32,000 nucleotides of DNA from Geobacter sulfurreducens PCA (lineage in GTDB: Bacteria; Desulfobacterota; Desulfuromonadia; Geobacterales; Geobacteraceae). The DNA is taken from assembly GCF_000007985.2 (NCBI RefSeq), contig NC_002939.5, positions 600,001 to 632,000 of the forward strand. The letters run 5' to 3'. Position 1 is the first letter of the stretch, and each line of letters starts with the position of its first letter. Positions 1 to 8,190 of this stretch are shown here, one piece after another. The position numbers were made by a program, and so were the translations under genes. Under the pieces are notes generated by a model. It worked only from the letters and a program-made list of their open reading frames with translations, ran no database searches and had not been told where the DNA came from.

Positions 1-57
1 GGGGGTAGGGGGGCCGGCCCACCTGTTCCTGACCTATGAGCGGAGGAAAGAGGCCCC

Positions 58-1206
58 ATGAGCACCGAACCACGCAGGTTCTCCGTCTTCCTCGTCCCCG
101 CGGCCGGGGACCGCCGGTGGGCGGATGGAGTGATCCACGAGCTGGCCGACCGCTACGATACGCTCCCCTTCGAGCCCCACGTGACGGTCTACGGCGGCGC
201 GTTCAGCAACGATGCCGAACTGGAGCCGGTACGGCGGGCCCTAGCGGATGCTGCGGCCGGGACGGGTCAGATCACCCTGCCGGTGGCCGGGCTCGGCGTG
301 ACCGAGGAATACTTCCGGTCGCTGTTCGTAGCGTTCGGAGAAGACCCGGCGCTCCGGCGGCTCCACGAGGCAGTGAAAGGTGCGGTGGCGCAGGACCCGG
401 GCTACGTGCTCGTTCCGCATCTCTCGCTCCTCTATGCCGATCTGCCCCTGGCGGCCAAGGAGGCTGCCGCCCGCACGGTGGCCCTGGACCGGCGGGAGAT
501 CCGCTTCGACCAGGTGAAGATCGTGGTCCCCGATCCAGTCACCGGCTGGAGCGACGCCCGGCGCTGGCAGACCCTCTTCCGGTTGCGGCTGGGGGCACCG
601 GCGGAGAAGGTTACGACGGTTATTTTCGACTATGGCGGGGTGCTGGCCGAGGAGGGATTCCGGGAGGGGCTGTTCGAGCTTGCCCGGCGCCAGGGGCTCG
701 ACCCCGTTGCGGTGCACGGTGCCGGCATGGAGGCGGTCTACGCCAGCGGCTACGTGCTGGGTAAGGGAAGCCAGTCGGCATTCTGGCAGTCGCTGCGGGA
801 GCGGACCGGTCTGCGGGGGAGCGACCGGGAGCTGTCGAACCTGATCCTCGACCGCTTCGTGCTCCGGCCCCGGATGATGGAGGCCGTCCGCGCCCTGAGG
901 GCGCAGGGGTACCGGACCGTCATCCTCAGCGACCAGACCGACTGGCTCGAGTGGCTCGACCGGCGCGACGGCTTTTTCCGGGAGTTCGAACGGGTCTTCA
1001 ACAGCTACCGGCTGGGCAAGGGGAAGCGGGACCCTTCGGTGTTCGACGACGTGGCGCGGGAGCTGGGCATCGCCCCCGGCGAGGCGCTCTTTGTGGACGA
1101 CATGCTCGCCAACGTGGTGCGGGCCGAAAGCCGGGGGATGCGGGGCATCCTGTTCGAGGACGAGCCACGGTTCGAGCGGGACCTGAAACGGTACACGGAG
1201 GTGTAG
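58..1206 (+). CDS. Fusion protein: N-terminal 2H phosphoesterase (LigT / cyclic phosphodiesterase-like) plus C-terminal HAD-IA phosphatase
   Basis: Two HxT/S motifs about 80 aa apart (EPHVTVYGG, VPHLSLLY) are typical of the 2H superfamily. HAD motif I is VIFDYGGVLA, motif II ILSDQT, motif IV FVDDMLANV. SD aggaaagagg lies just upstream of the ATG. Confidence 0.75.
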   Translation: MSTEPRRFSVFLVPAAGDRRWADGVIHELADRYDTLPFEPHVTVYGGAFSNDAELEPVRRALADAAAGTGQITLPVAGLGVTEEYFRSLFVAFGEDPALRRLHEAVKGAVAQDPGYVLVPHLSLLYADLPLAAKEAAARTVALDRREIRFDQVKIVVPDPVTGWSDARRWQTLFRLRLGAPAEKVTTVIFDYGGVLAEEGFREGLFELARRQGLDPVAVHGAGMEAVYASGYVLGKGSQSAFWQSLRERTGLRGSDRELSNLILDRFVLRPRMMEAVRALRAQGYRTVILSDQTDWLEWLDRRDGFFREFERVFNSYRLGKGKRDPSVFDDVARELGIAPGEALFVDDMLANVVRAESRGMRGILFEDEPRFERDLKRYTEV

Positions 1207-1207
1207 C

Positions 1208-2200
1208 ATGCGCGCCATGCTGTTCGAGGAGGTGGGAAAACCGCTGCGGCCGGTCCGGGTGCCGGTCCCCGAACCGGGGCCGGGCGAGGTGCTGCTCAAG
1301 GTTCACGCCTGCGGTATCTGCCGGACGGATGTTCACATCGTGGACGGCGAGCTGACGGAGCCCGCCCTGCCGCTCATCCCCGGCCACCAGATCGTGGGGA
1401 GCGTGGCAAAGCTGGGGGAGGGGGTCGAGCGTTTCCGGGAGGGGACGCGGGTGGGGGTCCCCTGGCTCGGCGCCACCTGCGGCGCCTGCCGCTACTGCCG
1501 GTCGGGACGGGAAAACCTGTGCGACCACGCCCGGTTCACCGGGTATCAGCGCGACGGCGGCTTTGCCGAGTTCACCGTTGCCGATGCCCGCTTCTGCTTT
1601 CCGATCCCCGGGGGATACCCGGACCTCCAGGCGGCGCCGCTGCTCTGCGCCGGGCTCATCGGCTACCGCTCCCTGGTCATGGCCGGTGAGGGGGAACGGC
1701 TGGGCATTTATGGCTTCGGCGCCGCGGCCCACATCGTGACCCAGGTGGCCCGCTTCCGGGGATGGCGGGTCTACGCCTTCACCCGTCCCGACGACCGTGC
1801 CGGCCAGGCCTTTGCCCGGGAGATGGGAGCGGTCTGGGCCGGGGCCTCCCACGAGCGGCCGCCCGAGGAGCTTGACGCCGCCATCATCTTCGCGCCCGCC
1901 GGAGAGCTGGTGCCGGCGGCGCTGCGGGCGGTGGGCAAGGGGGGCGTCGTGGTCTGCGGCGGCATCCACATGAGCGACATCCCGCCGATCCCCTACGATA
2001 TCCTCTGGGGGGAGCGGAGCATCCGCTCCGTGGCCAACCTGACCCGGCGCGACGGGGAGGAATTCCTCGCCCTGGCGCCGAAGGTGCCCGTCAGGACCGA
2101 GGTGACTGCCTATCCCCTCAGCGCGGCCAACGAAGCCCTCGACGACCTGCGGCGCGGGCGCCTGCGGGGCGCCGGCGTCCTGGTGATCGACGAGGGATAA
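1208..2200 (+). CDS. Zinc-dependent alcohol dehydrogenase (medium-chain dehydrogenase/reductase family)
   Basis: Catalytic Zn motif HACGICRTDVH..PLIPGHQIVG, structural Zn cluster CGACRYCRSGRENLC, nucleotide fold IYGFGAAAH. The ATG lies 1 nt after the upstream stop, suggesting translational coupling. Confidence 0.9.
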   Translation: MRAMLFEEVGKPLRPVRVPVPEPGPGEVLLKVHACGICRTDVHIVDGELTEPALPLIPGHQIVGSVAKLGEGVERFREGTRVGVPWLGATCGACRYCRSGRENLCDHARFTGYQRDGGFAEFTVADARFCFPIPGGYPDLQAAPLLCAGLIGYRSLVMAGEGERLGIYGFGAAAHIVTQVARFRGWRVYAFTRPDDRAGQAFAREMGAVWAGASHERPPEELDAAIIFAPAGELVPAALRAVGKGGVVVCGGIHMSDIPPIPYDILWGERSIRSVANLTRRDGEEFLALAPKVPVRTEVTAYPLSAANEALDDLRRGRLRGAGVLVIDEG

Positions 2201-2542
2201 TGTGCCGTGCTCCGGGAGGGTTGACACCCGGACCGCCGCCGTGCTATCGGTAGAGGCATGAATACGCTCAATTTTCTCACCGCAACTCCCCCTCCGGTCG
2301 TTCCTGCCTGACAGGGCAGGTCGGCCGCAGTTTTCCCCTTGTGGGCCGTCTGGTCGGTCACCGAAGGAATGCCGAGGGCTTCCGGTCTAGTCGCTGCGTA
2401 GCGACGCAGATCGGACGATCCGGGATGACGTTCGGGACATAACCACGCGGCACACACCATCGCGCCGGCGCGCCTGCCGGCGGCGTGCGCCCTCCTGCCC
2501 TGTTCACACCGTTCATCGACACCGTGAGGACAGGAGGCTTCC

Positions 2543-3469
2543 ATGCAGACAGCATCGAGAGCCCATGCCGATTCGCGGCACGGGCTTTTTCTCATCCTTT
2601 TTTCGGCCATGCTCTGGGGAACCGTGGGCATCACCACCAAGGCCCTCTACGGCCTGGCCGACACAACTCCCCTTTCCATAGGCTTTTTCCGGCTGGCGCT
2701 GGCCGTGCCCGTGCTCGTGGCGGCCTGCCGGCTCGCCACCGGTCCGGCCATGTTCCGGGTGGCGCGGCGCGACCTGGGCACCATGATTGTGGTGGGGGCC
2801 ATGACGGCCCTCTACCAGGTTTGCTATTTCGCGGCCATCCGCCAGATCGGCGTGGCAGCCGCCACGCTCGTCACCCTCTGCACGGCGCCGGTGATCGTGG
2901 CGCTTCTTTCCGCCATCCTGACCGGCGAGCGACCCTCGGGCCGGGTGCTCCTCTCCCTGGCCTGCGCCCTGGCCGGCACGGCGCTCCTGGTGGGGCTGCG
3001 GCCGCTGGCCGGCGAAGGGGGCAACATCCCCCTGGGGATTGCCCAGGCCCTCGGCTCGGCCTTCAGCTATGCCTCGGTGACCGTGGCCAGCCGTACCCTG
3101 GCGGGCCGCTACCACCCGCTCCAGCCGGTGGCCATCGGTTTTGCCGCGGGCGCCCTGTTCCTGCTTCCCACGGCCCTGGCCGACGGCCTGGTGCTGACCT
3201 ATCCGGCCGCGGGCTGGGTGCTGCTCCTCTACCTGGGGGTGGTACCCACGGCCCTGGCCTATGCCCTTTTTCTGGCGGGCATGCGGACCACCACGGCCAC
3301 GGCCGCGAGTATCTGCACCCTTCTGGAGCCGCTGGTGTCGACGGTCCTGGCCTGGCTCATCTTCGGCGAACGGCTGGGTCCGCTCGGCGCCGTCGGCGCG
3401 GTCCTCTTGTTCGGGGCCATCGGCCTCCTGGCCCGGCCGGTCCGCCGCCGTCAGTCTTCAGCTGCCTGA
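2543..3469 (+). CDS. EamA/DMT-superfamily transporter (10-TM drug/metabolite exporter type)
   Basis: Uniformly hydrophobic 308 aa protein with two similar halves. N-terminal LFSAMLWGTVGITTK is an EamA-like motif. SD aggagg lies 6 nt upstream of the ATG. Confidence 0.8.
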   Translation: MQTASRAHADSRHGLFLILFSAMLWGTVGITTKALYGLADTTPLSIGFFRLALAVPVLVAACRLATGPAMFRVARRDLGTMIVVGAMTALYQVCYFAAIRQIGVAAATLVTLCTAPVIVALLSAILTGERPSGRVLLSLACALAGTALLVGLRPLAGEGGNIPLGIAQALGSAFSYASVTVASRTLAGRYHPLQPVAIGFAAGALFLLPTALADGLVLTYPAAGWVLLLYLGVVPTALAYALFLAGMRTTTATAASICTLLEPLVSTVLAWLIFGERLGPLGAVGAVLLFGAIGLLARPVRRRQSSAA

Positions 3470-3593
3470 GCCCGGGGGGGGAAATGAACCGGTCGGGAAA
3501 TGGCTGCCGGCACATTTTTCACCCCCCCTCCATACCATGAGAGGTGTATAATTCCCTCCCGGTCGTGTTCATGTCCGTGGGGAGGTGCCTGTC

Positions 3594-5522
3594 ATGCTTG
3601 CAAAGGGATTCTGGCTGGTTGTCTCGCTGGTTGCCGCCTGTTCACTGGCCGTGGTGGCCGGGGTGGTGAATCCGGCGGAAAAGGTGAACGCCCTCTGGCT
3701 GGTGACCGCGGCGGCCTGTTTCTACATGGTCGCCTACCGGTTCTACGGGGCCTTCCTGGCGGCCCGGGTCCTCTCCCTGGATCCGGCGCTCCGCACCCCG
3801 GCCCGGCGTCTGGCCGACGGGATGGATTTCCACCCCACCAACCGCTGGGTCCTCTTCGGCCATCATTTCGCGGCCATTGCCGGGGCGGGCCCCCTCATCG
3901 GCCCCATGCTGGCGGCCCAGTTCGGCTATCTCCCCGGCTTCCTCTGGATTCTGATCGGCTCGGTGCTGGTGGGGGCCGTGCACGACATGGTCATCCTGGG
4001 GGCGTCGGTGCGGCGCAACGGCCGCTCCCTGGCCCAGATCGCCAAGGACGAGATCGGCCCGGTGGGGGGGCTGGCCGCCTCCCTGGCCATTCTCTTCATC
4101 CTGATCGTGGCCTTGGCCGGCCTGGGCCTGGCGGTGGTCAACTCCCTGGCCAAGAGCCCCTGGGGGACCTTTACCATCTTTCTCACCATCCCCATCGCCC
4201 TCTTTATGGGGCTCTACCTGTACAAGATCCGACCGGGCAGGGTGGGCGAGGTGAGCGCCATCGGCTTCGTACTGCTCTTGGCTGCGGTCTTTGCCGGCCA
4301 CTACATTCCCGGCTCACCCATCGAACCGTATTTCAACCTCTCCAAGCACGGCCTGGTGGTGGCCATGGCGGCCTACGGCTTTGTGGCCTCCATTCTGCCG
4401 GTCTGGATGCTCCTCTGCCCCCGCGACTACCTCTCCACCTATATGAAGATCGGGACGGTGCTGCTGCTGGCCTGCGGGGTCATCTTCATGGCCCCGACCC
4501 TCCAGATGCCGCCGGTGACCCGGTTCGTGAGCGGGGGAGGGCCGATCATCCCCGGCACGCTCTTCCCCTTCATGTTCATCACCATCGCCTGCGGGGCCAT
4601 TTCGGGGTTCCACTCCCTGATCTCCTCGGGCACCACCCCCAAGATGATCACCTCCGAGCGCGAGATCCCGATGATCGGCTATGGCGCCATGCTGGCCGAG
4701 GGATTCGTGGCGGTCATGGCGCTGGTGGCGGCCACCATCCTGATCCCCGGCGACTACTTCGCCATCAACACCAAGCTCTCCTTCGACGCCATCGCGGCGC
4801 TCGGCTTCCCGGTTGAGCGGGTGCGGGAGCTGTCGGCCTTGGTGGGGACCGATGTGGCCGGTCGTCCCGGCGGAGCGGTTTCCCTGGCCGTGGGGATGGC
4901 TTCCATTCTTTCCTCGCTCCCGGGCATGGCGGGGCTCATGCCCTACTGGTACAATTTCGCCCTCATGTTCGAGGCTCTGTTCATCCTCACCACCGTGGAC
5001 ACCGGCACCCGCGTGGCCCGTTTCCTCCTCCAGGAGCTGGGGAGCCGGGTCTACGCTCCCCTGGGGCAACCCCGCTGGCTGCCGGGTATCATCGCCACGA
5101 GCCTGATGGTGGTGGTTGCCTGGTCGTACCTGATCTGGTCCGGCAACGTCTCCACCATCTGGCCCATGTTCGGGGTTTCCAACCAGCTGCTGGCGGCGAT
5201 CGCCCTGGGCATCGGCACCACGGTCCTGATCAAGGGGGGCAAGGTCCGATATGCCTGGACTACGGCTCTGCCCATGGCGTTCATGTATGTCACCACCTTT
5301 GCCGCCTCCTGGCAGCTGACCGGCTCATTCCTGCGCAAGGCGGCAACGGCCCCCACCGCGGCCGAGGCTCTCACCTTCAGGATCAACGGCGGGCTGGTGG
5401 CGGTCATGGCGATCCTGGCGGTAGTGACCCTGGGCGACATGCTCCACAAGTGGTACGGATACCTCACCTCCACCCGCCCGGTGGTCACGAGCGAGGTCCT
5501 GGAGTACGAAGAGGCGGCGTAA
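3594..5522 (+). CDS. cstA: Carbon starvation protein A (peptide/pyruvate transporter family)
   Basis: Conserved CstA blocks YRFYGAFLAARVL, HPTNRWVLFGHHFAAIAGAGPLIGP, GFLWILIGSVLVGAVHDM. ATG 3594 is preferred over the track GTG 3585 because SD ggggagg (3579-3585) overlaps that GTG. Confidence 0.9.
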   Translation: MLAKGFWLVVSLVAACSLAVVAGVVNPAEKVNALWLVTAAACFYMVAYRFYGAFLAARVLSLDPALRTPARRLADGMDFHPTNRWVLFGHHFAAIAGAGPLIGPMLAAQFGYLPGFLWILIGSVLVGAVHDMVILGASVRRNGRSLAQIAKDEIGPVGGLAASLAILFILIVALAGLGLAVVNSLAKSPWGTFTIFLTIPIALFMGLYLYKIRPGRVGEVSAIGFVLLLAAVFAGHYIPGSPIEPYFNLSKHGLVVAMAAYGFVASILPVWMLLCPRDYLSTYMKIGTVLLLACGVIFMAPTLQMPPVTRFVSGGGPIIPGTLFPFMFITIACGAISGFHSLISSGTTPKMITSEREIPMIGYGAMLAEGFVAVMALVAATILIPGDYFAINTKLSFDAIAALGFPVERVRELSALVGTDVAGRPGGAVSLAVGMASILSSLPGMAGLMPYWYNFALMFEALFILTTVDTGTRVARFLLQELGSRVYAPLGQPRWLPGIIATSLMVVVAWSYLIWSGNVSTIWPMFGVSNQLLAAIALGIGTTVLIKGGKVRYAWTTALPMAFMYVTTFAASWQLTGSFLRKAATAPTAAEALTFRINGGLVAVMAILAVVTLGDMLHKWYGYLTSTRPVVTSEVLEYEEAA

Positions 5523-5734
5523 TGGTGCCGTTTCGGGATGGTGACAGAATTGGTCGCTCCCTATCTTGAATTGTGCATATTTTGGTTATTTAACGTAAAT
5601 ACTGTCATTGATTTTCTGGCATAACGAGTGCCGATCTGTGTGTAATTTATTGTATAGTCTATTTAATGCCCGTAGTTGCACTATGTTGGTGGGCACGGTT
5701 TATTTCGTTTTTTAGCTGGCCTGATAATTGAATT

Positions 5735-5786
5735 GCCTCGTTCGCACGGCATGGATTTCCTGTCCCGGCAGGTCAACGAACGAGGC
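5735..5786 (+). promoter_or_regulatory. Perfect 10-bp stem hairpin whose 3' arm contains the SD of the TPR gene
   Basis: GCCTCGTTCG (5735-5744) and CGAACGAGGC (5777-5786) are exact reverse complements. GAGG at 5782-5785 is the only SD for ATG 5792. Confidence 0.5.
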
Positions 5787-5791
5787 ACATC

Positions 5792-6235
5792 ATGACAGTG
5801 ACGAATATGACGGAATGGTTTGCCAAGGGAGTCGAAGCCCTCCACCACGACCACGTCTATCTGGCCCGCGCCTGCTTCGAGCAGGCGGTGACAGAGCAGC
5901 GGTCACCGCTTTCCTCATCCTACCTGGCCCTTTGCCAGGCCAAGACGCGGGGCACCTTCAGCGACGCCATTGCCAGCGCACGGGAGGCTGTGGCGGCTGA
6001 TCCCGCAAACCCTGCACTCTACCATAACCTGGGGTGCATCTATCTGCTGGCGGGCAAGCGGACCGAGGCCATCGAAACCTTCCGCCAGGGGCTGCGCGTT
6101 GGGGGCGGAGAGGATATTACCAGCGAGCTCGAACGGCTCGGCACCCGCCGTGCTCCCCCCATCAAGCGTCTGCCCCGCAATCACCCCGTCAACAAGTACC
6201 TGGGGATCGTCCTCTCCCGCCTGGGCCTGCGGTAG
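5792..6235 (+). CDS. Small TPR-repeat protein
   Basis: TPR-like helical repeats (ARACFEQAV, DPANPALYHNLGCIYLLAGKRTEAIETFRQGL). SD GAGG lies 6 nt upstream. Confidence 0.6.
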   Translation: MTVTNMTEWFAKGVEALHHDHVYLARACFEQAVTEQRSPLSSSYLALCQAKTRGTFSDAIASAREAVAADPANPALYHNLGCIYLLAGKRTEAIETFRQGLRVGGGEDITSELERLGTRRAPPIKRLPRNHPVNKYLGIVLSRLGLR

Positions 6236-6301
6236 CCCCTTCGCCGCCGCCCGTTTCCGCGGGGATTGACCGCCGGGGGACGGAGGTGGTACGGTTGCCC
6301 C

Positions 6302-7033
6302 ATGCATCCCATCCGCTGCGAAGCCGTTGTGCTCGCCACCATGGACTACCGGGAGAGCGACCGGATCGTCACCCTGTTCACGCTCTGCCACGGCAAGGTG
6401 CGCGGCCTGGCCCGGGGCGCCCGCAAGAGCATGCGGCGCTTCGGGGGCGCCCTGGAGCCCTTTGCCCGCCTGAGCGTGGAGTTGGTCGTCCGGGAGGGGC
6501 TCTCGTCCCTGCGCGGCGTGGACATTGTGACCGTCTATCCCCGCATCCGGCAGGACCTGGCCGCCATCGGCCACGGCGGGTATGCCGTGGAGCTGGTCGA
6601 CCGCCTCCTGCCCGACGGGGCGTCGGTTCCCCGGCTGTTCCGGCTCCTCGTTTCTTACCTGGAGCACCTGGACCAGGGGGGCGCCTCTCCCTCGGATCGG
6701 CGCTTCTTTGAAGCCAATCTGCTGAATATCCTCGGCTACCGCCTTTCCCTCGATGCCTGTGCCGCCTGCGGCGTTGAGTTCCCCGCCGATGCGGCTCGGC
6801 GCGCCGGTGCGGCGGGCACGGTGCTCTGCACTGGTTGCGGCCGCTACGGTGCGCCGCTGTCGGCGGAGACCGTCCGTCTCCTGCACCGGTGCCTGGGTAC
6901 CGGGCGGTTCGGCGCCATTGTCTTCCCCCCCGAGCCCCTCGGGGAAGCGGGGCCACTCCTGGATGGCGCCATCGGGGCCCATCTCGCCCGTCCTCTCAAT
7001 TCCCTCGCCTTTCTGCGCCAGTTGACCCCGTGA
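6302..7033 (+). CDS. recO: DNA repair protein RecO
   Basis: N-terminal OB-fold block (EAVVLATMDYRESDRIVTLFT..GKVRGLARGARKS) and zinc-finger CAACG...CTGCG. ATG 6302 is preferred over the TTG-extended track start 6266. Confidence 0.85.
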   Translation: MHPIRCEAVVLATMDYRESDRIVTLFTLCHGKVRGLARGARKSMRRFGGALEPFARLSVELVVREGLSSLRGVDIVTVYPRIRQDLAAIGHGGYAVELVDRLLPDGASVPRLFRLLVSYLEHLDQGGASPSDRRFFEANLLNILGYRLSLDACAACGVEFPADAARRAGAAGTVLCTGCGRYGAPLSAETVRLLHRCLGTGRFGAIVFPPEPLGEAGPLLDGAIGAHLARPLNSLAFLRQLTP

Positions 7034-7178
7034 ACCCATTGTGCCCGTCGCGGCACCACTGAATCCGCGATTCCGGAAGGCGCGGCTGAACGAATGGGTG
7101 CCGGCGCGACGGACGCGGGTGCTTCGGGGACGACTGATTTCCGGGCCTGATGGATTGCGGGTTGCGGCGGATTAATCC

Positions 7179-7207
7179 TTGACAGGGGGGGAGAAGCATT
7201 GTAATCT
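7179..7207 (+). promoter_or_regulatory. Candidate sigma-70 promoter for glyQS (TTGACA-N17-TAATCT)
   Basis: TTGACA at 7179-7184, 17-nt spacer, TAATCT at 7202-7207, about 100 nt upstream of the glyQ start. Confidence 0.4.
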
Positions 7208-7310
7208 CGTGTGCTCTAATTGTGCGTAACTTGGACGCTTTTTCACTTTGGCCAAATCCTGTTTACGCACGATAAAGCTTTTTTCATTTTATGCCAGGGG
7301 AGGAACCACC

Positions 7311-8189
7311 TTGACCTTCCAGGATCTGATTCTCGCCCTCCAGGGATACTGGGCACAGCAGGGATGCGTCATCCAGCAGCCCTACGACACCGAAAAGGGT
7401 GCCGGTACCTTCAACCCCGCCACCTTCCTTCGCGTTCTCGGCCCCGAGCCGTGGAACGTCGCCTACGTGGAGCCGTCCCGCCGTCCCACCGACGGGCGCT
7501 ACGGTGAAAACCCCAACCGCCTCCAGCACTACTACCAGTTCCAGGTGATCATGAAGCCGTCCCCCATGAATATCCTGGATCTCTATCTGGATTCGCTCCG
7601 GGCCTTCGGCATCGACCCCGCGAAGCACGACATCCGCTTCGTTGAGGATGACTGGGAGTCGCCGACCCTTGGTGCCTGGGGCTTGGGCTGGGAGGTCTGG
7701 CTCGACGGCATGGAGATCACCCAGTTCACCTATTTCCAGCAGGCCGGCGGGATCGACCTGAAGCCGGTATCGTCGGAGATCACCTACGGCTGCGAGCGGA
7801 TCGCCATGTACCTGCAAGGGGTCGACAACGTCTACGACCTGGAGTGGGTCAAGGGGGTGAGCTACGGCGATATCCACCACCGGACCGAGGTGGAGTTTTC
7901 CACCTACAACTTCGAGGAAGCGGACGTGGACATGCTCCTCACCCTGTTCACCATGTACGAGAAGGAGTGCGTGCGCCTGGTGGAGCGCGGTCTCGTGCTC
8001 CCGGCCTACGATTTCGTCATGAAGTGCTCCCACACCTTCAACCTCCTGGATGCCCGGGGGGCCATCTCGGTCACCGAGCGCGCCTCCTACATCGGCCGGG
8101 TCCGCAATGTGGCCCGTCTCTGCGCCGAAGGCTACCTGAAGCTCCGCGAAAGCCTGGGCTTCCCGCTGCTGAAAGGAGGACGGAAGTAA
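7311..8189 (+). CDS. glyQ: Glycine--tRNA ligase alpha subunit
   Basis: Canonical N-terminus [25 protein letters not shown] and strong family blocks throughout. TTG start at 7311 with SD ggggagga at 7297-7304; the upstream track extension is unsupported. Confidence 0.93.
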   Translation: MTFQDLILALQGYWAQQGCVIQQPYDTEKGAGTFNPATFLRVLGPEPWNVAYVEPSRRPTDGRYGENPNRLQHYYQFQVIMKPSPMNILDLYLDSLRAFGIDPAKHDIRFVEDDWESPTLGAWGLGWEVWLDGMEITQFTYFQQAGGIDLKPVSSEITYGCERIAMYLQGVDNVYDLEWVKGVSYGDIHHRTEVEFSTYNFEEADVDMLLTLFTMYEKECVRLVERGLVLPAYDFVMKCSHTFNLLDARGAISVTERASYIGRVRNVARLCAEGYLKLRESLGFPLLKGGRK

Positions 8190-8190
8190 C

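Noticed and set aside
241-2227. Long antisense and out-of-frame ORFs (241..1299 -, 998..2227 -, 36..764 +) overlapping the 2H/HAD and ADH genes
   Set aside because: These are shadow ORFs, as expected in about 60% GC DNA. Their translations are Arg/Gly/Pro/Ala-rich and low in complexity, with no motifs. The opposite frame encodes clearly recognisable enzyme families.
2258-2311. 17-codon uORF MNTLNFLTATPPPVVPA (polyproline) in the EamA leader
   Set aside because: The GAGG is only 1 nt from the ATG, which is poor SD spacing. There is no other support and it may be chance. I mention it only as a possible stalling peptide if the leader proves regulatory.
2330-2460. Resemblance to SRP RNA domain IV (GGUC..CCGAAGGAAUGCC), or to guanidine or SAH riboswitch cores
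   Set aside because: I could not reproduce the conserved GGAA tetraloop with its symmetric loop pairing, or any complete riboswitch consensus, by eye on either strand. It is kept only as an unclassified structured leader.
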